Source of the DNA: Syntrophales bacterium
Lineage (GTDB): Bacteria > Desulfobacterota > Syntrophia > Syntrophales > PHBD01
Assembly: GCA_963668175.1 (NCBI GenBank)
Contig: OY764159.1
Coordinates: 2,176,001 to 2,240,000, forward strand
Direction of reading: 5' to 3'
Length of the DNA stretch: 64,000 nucleotides
Below the pieces are notes generated by a model. It was not told where the DNA came from and searched no databases. It saw only the letters and a list, made by a program, of their open reading frames with translations. Below are positions 59,828 through 64,000 of this stretch, in pieces. Position 1 is the first letter of the stretch, and each line of letters starts with the position of its first letter. Both the position numbers and the translations under genes were made by a program.

Positions 59828-60763
59828 ATGAATAGAAGACAATTCCTGAAAACCCTGGCCGCGGGCGCGATAAGCACGGCCGTCGGCCGTCCCGGCCTTT
59901 CGTTCGACGGCCCCAAACCGCAGATCGCAATCACCGTCGACGATTTCAATATCTCCGGCCTGTCGGAGGCGGAGGCGGCAAGGCGCAGCCGCGCATTGCT
60001 CTTCGCCCTGCGGTCGCACTCGTCCCTGAAGGCCGCCGCGTTCGTCTGCGCGAAATACACGGACAGCGCCGTCGGCCGCAACCTCCTGCGGGAATGGGGC
60101 GAGAGCGGGCACATCGTCGCGAACCACACCTATGCCCACCGGTCCTACCACGATTGCGATTTCACGGAATTCAGCGGGGATGTCCTGCGCGCCGAAAGGG
60201 TCCTGGAGGCGATACCGGGCTTCCGGCGATATTTCCGGTTCCCCCAGCTCAAGGAGGGCGACACGGCCGAAAAGCGCGATGCGATGCGGGCGTTCCTCAA
60301 GCAGCGCGGCTATCGCATGGGATACGTGACCGTCGATGCGTCGGACTGGTATATCGACCGGCGCCTGCGCGAACGCCTTGCCCGCAATCCGGGGCAGTCC
60401 CGCGCCGCCTACAGGGATTATTACCTCGATCACCTGTGGGACAGGGCCGCCTATTACGACGGCCTGTCGCGAAAAGTCCTGGGGCGGAGCGCCAGCCACA
60501 CGCTGCTTGTCCATTACAACCTGCTGAACGAGCTGTTTCTGGGCGACGTTCTCGATATGTTCGCGGCCAGGGGCTGGAAGCTTGTCGATGCGGGGGCGGC
60601 GTTTGAGGATGCCGTCTTTTCGGCCGCGCCGGACGTGGTGCCCGCGGGCGAAAGCATCGTATGGTCTTTAGCCAAGGCGTCGGGCAGGTTTGACGATGCC
60701 CTGCGCTACCCGGCGGAGGACAGCCGATACGAAGAACCGGAAATGGACCGGCTCGGGTTGTGA
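59828..60763 (+). CDS. Tat-exported polysaccharide deacetylase (NodB homology)
   Basis: MNRRQFL; AITVDD, ANHTYAH, FRFP, LLVH. Confidence 0.88.
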   Translation: MNRRQFLKTLAAGAISTAVGRPGLSFDGPKPQIAITVDDFNISGLSEAEAARRSRALLFALRSHSSLKAAAFVCAKYTDSAVGRNLLREWGESGHIVANHTYAHRSYHDCDFTEFSGDVLRAERVLEAIPGFRRYFRFPQLKEGDTAEKRDAMRAFLKQRGYRMGYVTVDASDWYIDRRLRERLARNPGQSRAAYRDYYLDHLWDRAAYYDGLSRKVLGRSASHTLLVHYNLLNELFLGDVLDMFAARGWKLVDAGAAFEDAVFSAAPDVVPAGESIVWSLAKASGRFDDALRYPAEDSRYEEPEMDRLGL

Positions 60764-60782
60764 GGCGGGCTTACTCCTGCGA

Positions 60783-61460
60783 TTATATGTTTTTCACGGC
60801 GACATAATATCTTTCGCCGAAACGCAAGATGAAAAAAATGAACTTATCCTGCTGCTTATCGGATAACATCCTTTCAAATTCCTCCACGGTTCGTACTTCC
60901 CTCCTGTTTATTTCGATGATGATGTCGCCTCTTCGCAGGCCTGCGCGGTCGGCGGGGCTTTCGGGCTGAACGCGGCCGATAACCAGTCCCGACGCCGTAT
61001 CGGCGCTCACGGTCAAGCCGAGATATTTTGTTTTATCTGCATCCCGGCGAGGCGGTTGAAACGAGTCTTTCTTCAATCGCACATGTTCCTCGCATCGATC
61101 ATCCACATAATCGTAGACGATTTTATTGTTCAGGATGAAAGCACAACCGCTTTTTCGACCGGCGCGCCCGCCGATATTATCTTCGGCCTGGAATGAATAA
61201 GTCGCCCAATATCCGTATAAAACATCCATCCCGCGATCTATGGAAATCCAACCCTCCTGCGGCATGTCGACGCGAAGATTCTTCATGCTGCCGGGATCTT
61301 TCAATGTCTCTTTGAGTAAACTTCCCACAAGCTGCTCGACGTTCGCCGGCTTTGCGCCATAATCGGCAATCTGGATTTGCTCCGGCGCGGGTCTTAAAGG
61401 ACAGCCCATGAGCAGGACGACGGCGAAGAACAGGATGGATATAGAAAATATAATTCTCAT
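60783..61460 (-). CDS. Lipoprotein with C-terminal PDZ domain
   Basis: LMGC lipobox; LKDP.S; YLGL...VQPESPADRAGLRRGDII. Confidence 0.85.
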   Translation of the reverse strand: MRIIFSISILFFAVVLLMGCPLRPAPEQIQIADYGAKPANVEQLVGSLLKETLKDPGSMKNLRVDMPQEGWISIDRGMDVLYGYWATYSFQAEDNIGGRAGRKSGCAFILNNKIVYDYVDDRCEEHVRLKKDSFQPPRRDADKTKYLGLTVSADTASGLVIGRVQPESPADRAGLRRGDIIIEINRREVRTVEEFERMLSDKQQDKFIFFILRFGERYYVAVKNI

Positions 61461-61618
61461 ATTTATCCCCCCCAATCGATGCGTTGCATTGCGTATGGCG
61501 CGCGATATCCGGAGCACCGGGCCTATCGAGACGGGCCGTCGGGCCGGACTAATGAAGTGCCGCGTCCCCCGGACCGAGAGGCGCGCCCTGACTAGGGCTG
61601 ATGGCATTTCCGGAATGG

Positions 61619-61867
61619 TCAGATTACATTTTTCAGATAACGAAATATTTTTTTGAAAGTTAAATAACCGACATAAATTGTTGCGATGATTCCTATAGCA
61701 ACAATCAAAGCAACTGTTGTTTCAGGTAAATGTGAAATAAAAGGCCAAAATGCGAAGGTTGTAAAAAACATTACCATTTGGGCTGCAGTTGCTGCGATGC
61801 AAATTGAAAGACCTATTATCCCCAACTTTCTCATTAATGAGTCTTTCCTGTCCCGGTTGTTTTCCAT
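61619..61867 (-). CDS. Small AT-rich 2-TM protein
   Basis: 82-aa hydrophobic ORF. Confidence 0.5.
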   Translation of the reverse strand: MENNRDRKDSLMRKLGIIGLSICIAATAAQMVMFFTTFAFWPFISHLPETTVALIVAIGIIATIYVGYLTFKKIFRYLKNVI

Positions 61868-61934
61868 AGGCTTTGTTATATCCGCATCGGGATCGAATCA
61901 ATGAAGGATGCTAGATCCGGAATGCGATTCGGCT

Positions 61935-62315
61935 TCAGCTCTCATCGACAATCGACACGATGAGTCCGTCTTTCAGAACGAATTCGGATTTCCCCGGCAT
62001 CGAGATCGTATCGCCGGCTTTGAGGCCGTCGGGCATGTCTTTCGCGAGGACTGCGGTAAAATCGATTTCCGCGATAACCTTCTCCCCGGCCGCTTCGATG
62101 GATTTAAGAGATTGCGTCCTCGTCCGGAAGAATTCCGCGGATTGCCGGGCGAGTCGTTCAAGCTCCCGCTTGCCGGCGGTCCGGACGTTCGCCTCCCCGC
62201 CCGCGATATTGGCGAACCGGACATCTTCGGACATCAGCGCCAGCATGGCATCGATGTCGAACCTGTTGTAGGCGTCGATATACTTTCTGACGATTCGTTC
62301 CCGATCGGTTTGCAT
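61935..62315 (-). CDS. SnoaL-like/NTF2 family protein
   Basis: YIDAYNRFDIDAMLALM..DV.F; RBS AAGGAG. Confidence 0.85.
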   Translation of the reverse strand: MQTDRERIVRKYIDAYNRFDIDAMLALMSEDVRFANIAGGEANVRTAGKRELERLARQSAEFFRTRTQSLKSIEAAGEKVIAEIDFTAVLAKDMPDGLKAGDTISMPGKSEFVLKDGLIVSIVDES

Positions 62316-62437
62316 GGCCATCTCCTTCAAACTCCTCTAAAGCGCAACTTTCATCGTCGCATTCCGGATTACCAGGCGGAGCGGCAATCGATAAGCACGA
62401 CGGCCCCGGAACGGTCCCGGCACGACATAAAGGCAGG

Positions 62438-62821
62438 TCATTTGACGCATACGATTTTGCGCAATACGTCGACGGGCATCTCTTCCGTGATGTCGTGCCA
62501 TTGCGCATTGGTGCGGCCGGAATCGGTCGATCCGTCTTCAAGAAACAGCGTGAGTTCCAACGGCCTGTATCGCTTCTTTGCGCAGTCGATTTCGCAAATC
62601 GAAATCGACGATTTCACGTAAGCGGGTTTATTCGGGTGCTTTTTGGGCGTCCGGTATATCGCTTTAACGGGCATCAGCTTATTGTTTTCGTCCGTTGTCT
62701 CCACGCTGCTTCTATCGTAATAGAGCGCAAACTCTTCCTTCCCGGCGTACTGGACCCATTCGGCGGCGTGGGCCATGCCGCCCGCGAGCATGAAGCATAA
62801 AACCAACAGAACCTTTTTCAT
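62438..62821 (-). CDS. Secreted surface-adhesin E-like protein
   Basis: Signal peptide AHA-AEW; YYD..S; EIDC; W..I...C terminus. Confidence 0.7.
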   Translation of the reverse strand: MKKVLLVLCFMLAGGMAHAAEWVQYAGKEEFALYYDRSSVETTDENNKLMPVKAIYRTPKKHPNKPAYVKSSISICEIDCAKKRYRPLELTLFLEDGSTDSGRTNAQWHDITEEMPVDVLRKIVCVK

Positions 62822-63009
62822 TTCTTCGCCTTCTTTTGGTGCGCCGTAACGGCTTGTCGAAAAACCCGGGATATTCTCCTGGAGACCGCCAACTCAGATT
62901 ACCCCGCCATCAGCCCCAGGACGGAGCTGAAGTTTGCCGGTGTCGTCACGGGCGTCATCCGAAAGTATCACCAATGATGAAAACCCTGCAAACAGGGATC
63001 TCCTCTAGG

Positions 63010-63981
63010 TCAACAGTTACCATAATGGTATATAAAGGCCGCCACAGAATCTGCATTATATGTGTAAGCTAAATCGCTGTTCTTTTTGCATCCTTTTTCA
63101 ACACACTCTTCCATTACCAGGGTCTTGTTATCGCCCCATGCAAAACTAATTTTATATTTGTTGTCGTCGCCGCCGCAATAATCATGGTCCGATTTATTTT
63201 CTGCATCCTTGCCGTGGTAAAAGTATGATACATCTTTTGTAGCCGAATACTTATGGCTTGCCTCGTGTATCAGAGCGAAAACCGCGAATTTATTGGGATC
63301 CTCTAAAACTGTTTTACTTCTTATATGAATTACATTCTTTTTCTTATACTCCTTTTTTTCCTCCTCGGTCATCTTATCCGTTTTTTTATACTGAAAATTC
63401 TTAACTGTTAAATTGTGGATCTCCGAAAAATATTCAAAGTAATCAACATTTTTGACGTTTGATGAATATGGATGTAATTTTAAAAATCCCTTCTCGTTTC
63501 CCACAAAACCCTCACGATCATCACCCGTGTATGGCTTCACCGCAATCTCTTTTTGCAGCAGTCCTGCGAGGGTCAGATATAGTATAAGCGAAAGGGGTTC
63601 TTTTACTTGAATTTTAGATTCTTTGTCCTTTAATCTCATAAATGCCTTCAATCCCCAGTCGAATCTTTGCCATTGAAGCGATTGCTTAAATTTAAGGAAC
63701 CCAAAATTCAAATCTGATTGTTTTGGTTTTGGCGGAGTTTCCCATAGGTCTGATTTCGGCGCAGCGAGCTCTAAAAAAGAGTGAATTGTCTGATAAGTTC
63801 TCGCAACCATCGTTTTTGTGCATTCTAATATGATATTCTTTTTTATTTCCTGGTCAATTTTGCGGATTCCTATAGATAGGTTTGTGTCATATGCCGGATC
63901 GCTTTTCCCCGCCCTATTTATTTTTACTTTGATTATATCATCCGGTCCCATTTTAAAGGCGATTTTGTTCCCATTGCACAT
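63010..63981 (-). CDS. AT-rich M35-like (lysine-specific/deuterolysin) zinc metallopeptidase; may be 5'-truncated by the window edge
   Basis: LIHEASH-x3-TKD-x2-Y and NADS motifs; frame open to the window end. Confidence 0.65.
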   Translation of the reverse strand: MCNGNKIAFKMGPDDIIKVKINRAGKSDPAYDTNLSIGIRKIDQEIKKNIILECTKTMVARTYQTIHSFLELAAPKSDLWETPPKPKQSDLNFGFLKFKQSLQWQRFDWGLKAFMRLKDKESKIQVKEPLSLILYLTLAGLLQKEIAVKPYTGDDREGFVGNEKGFLKLHPYSSNVKNVDYFEYFSEIHNLTVKNFQYKKTDKMTEEEKKEYKKKNVIHIRSKTVLEDPNKFAVFALIHEASHKYSATKDVSYFYHGKDAENKSDHDYCGGDDNKYKISFAWGDNKTLVMEECVEKGCKKNSDLAYTYNADSVAAFIYHYGNC

Positions 63982-64000
63982 TCTTCCGCTCCTTTTCGTT

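Noticed and set aside
25300..63050. Additional attC sites after the other AT-rich genes (25355, 34025, 59749, 61619, 63010)
   Set aside because: Checked by eye downstream of each stop; no TAAC/L''/L'/GTT arrangement, so no cassette array is claimed

Overview
GC-rich bacterial chromosomal window, probably from an anaerobic Desulfobacterota/Syntrophales-like organism. That assignment is inferred from PAS-rich histidine kinases, an ADP-forming acyl-CoA ligase, sigma-54 promoters, PEP-CTERM genes, Tat-exported redox enzymes and apparent selenocysteine use. It holds about 60 mostly monocistronic genes, mainly on the minus strand, interrupted by several AT-richer patches that look horizontally acquired. 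I see no rRNA, tRNA, CRISPR array, integrase or transposase. Five signals are not shown by the ORF track. (1) A hidden 94-aa gene with an in-frame Cys-TGA (C-U) and a SECIS-like hairpin, a probable selenoprotein (37832-38116). (2) A canonical solitary integron attC site overlapping the stop codon of an AT-rich cassette-like gene (34868-34957), set among duplicated gene-end repeats. (3) The same regulatory module in front of two PEP-CTERM loci about 43 kb apart: two TGT-N8-TTTACA boxes exactly 100 bp apart plus a sigma-54 promoter. (4) A tandem PEP-CTERM array with constant ends and variable cores. (5) A 144-bp MITE/REP-like element. Also present are Cys-rich lectin-like secreted proteins (SUEL, 4x PAN), a radical SAM/glycosyltransferase/methyltransferase cluster, a caspase-DUF1566-FGE fusion, and orphan nuclease-like and M35 peptidase-like genes. 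All family calls come from motif recognition by eye; no searches were run.
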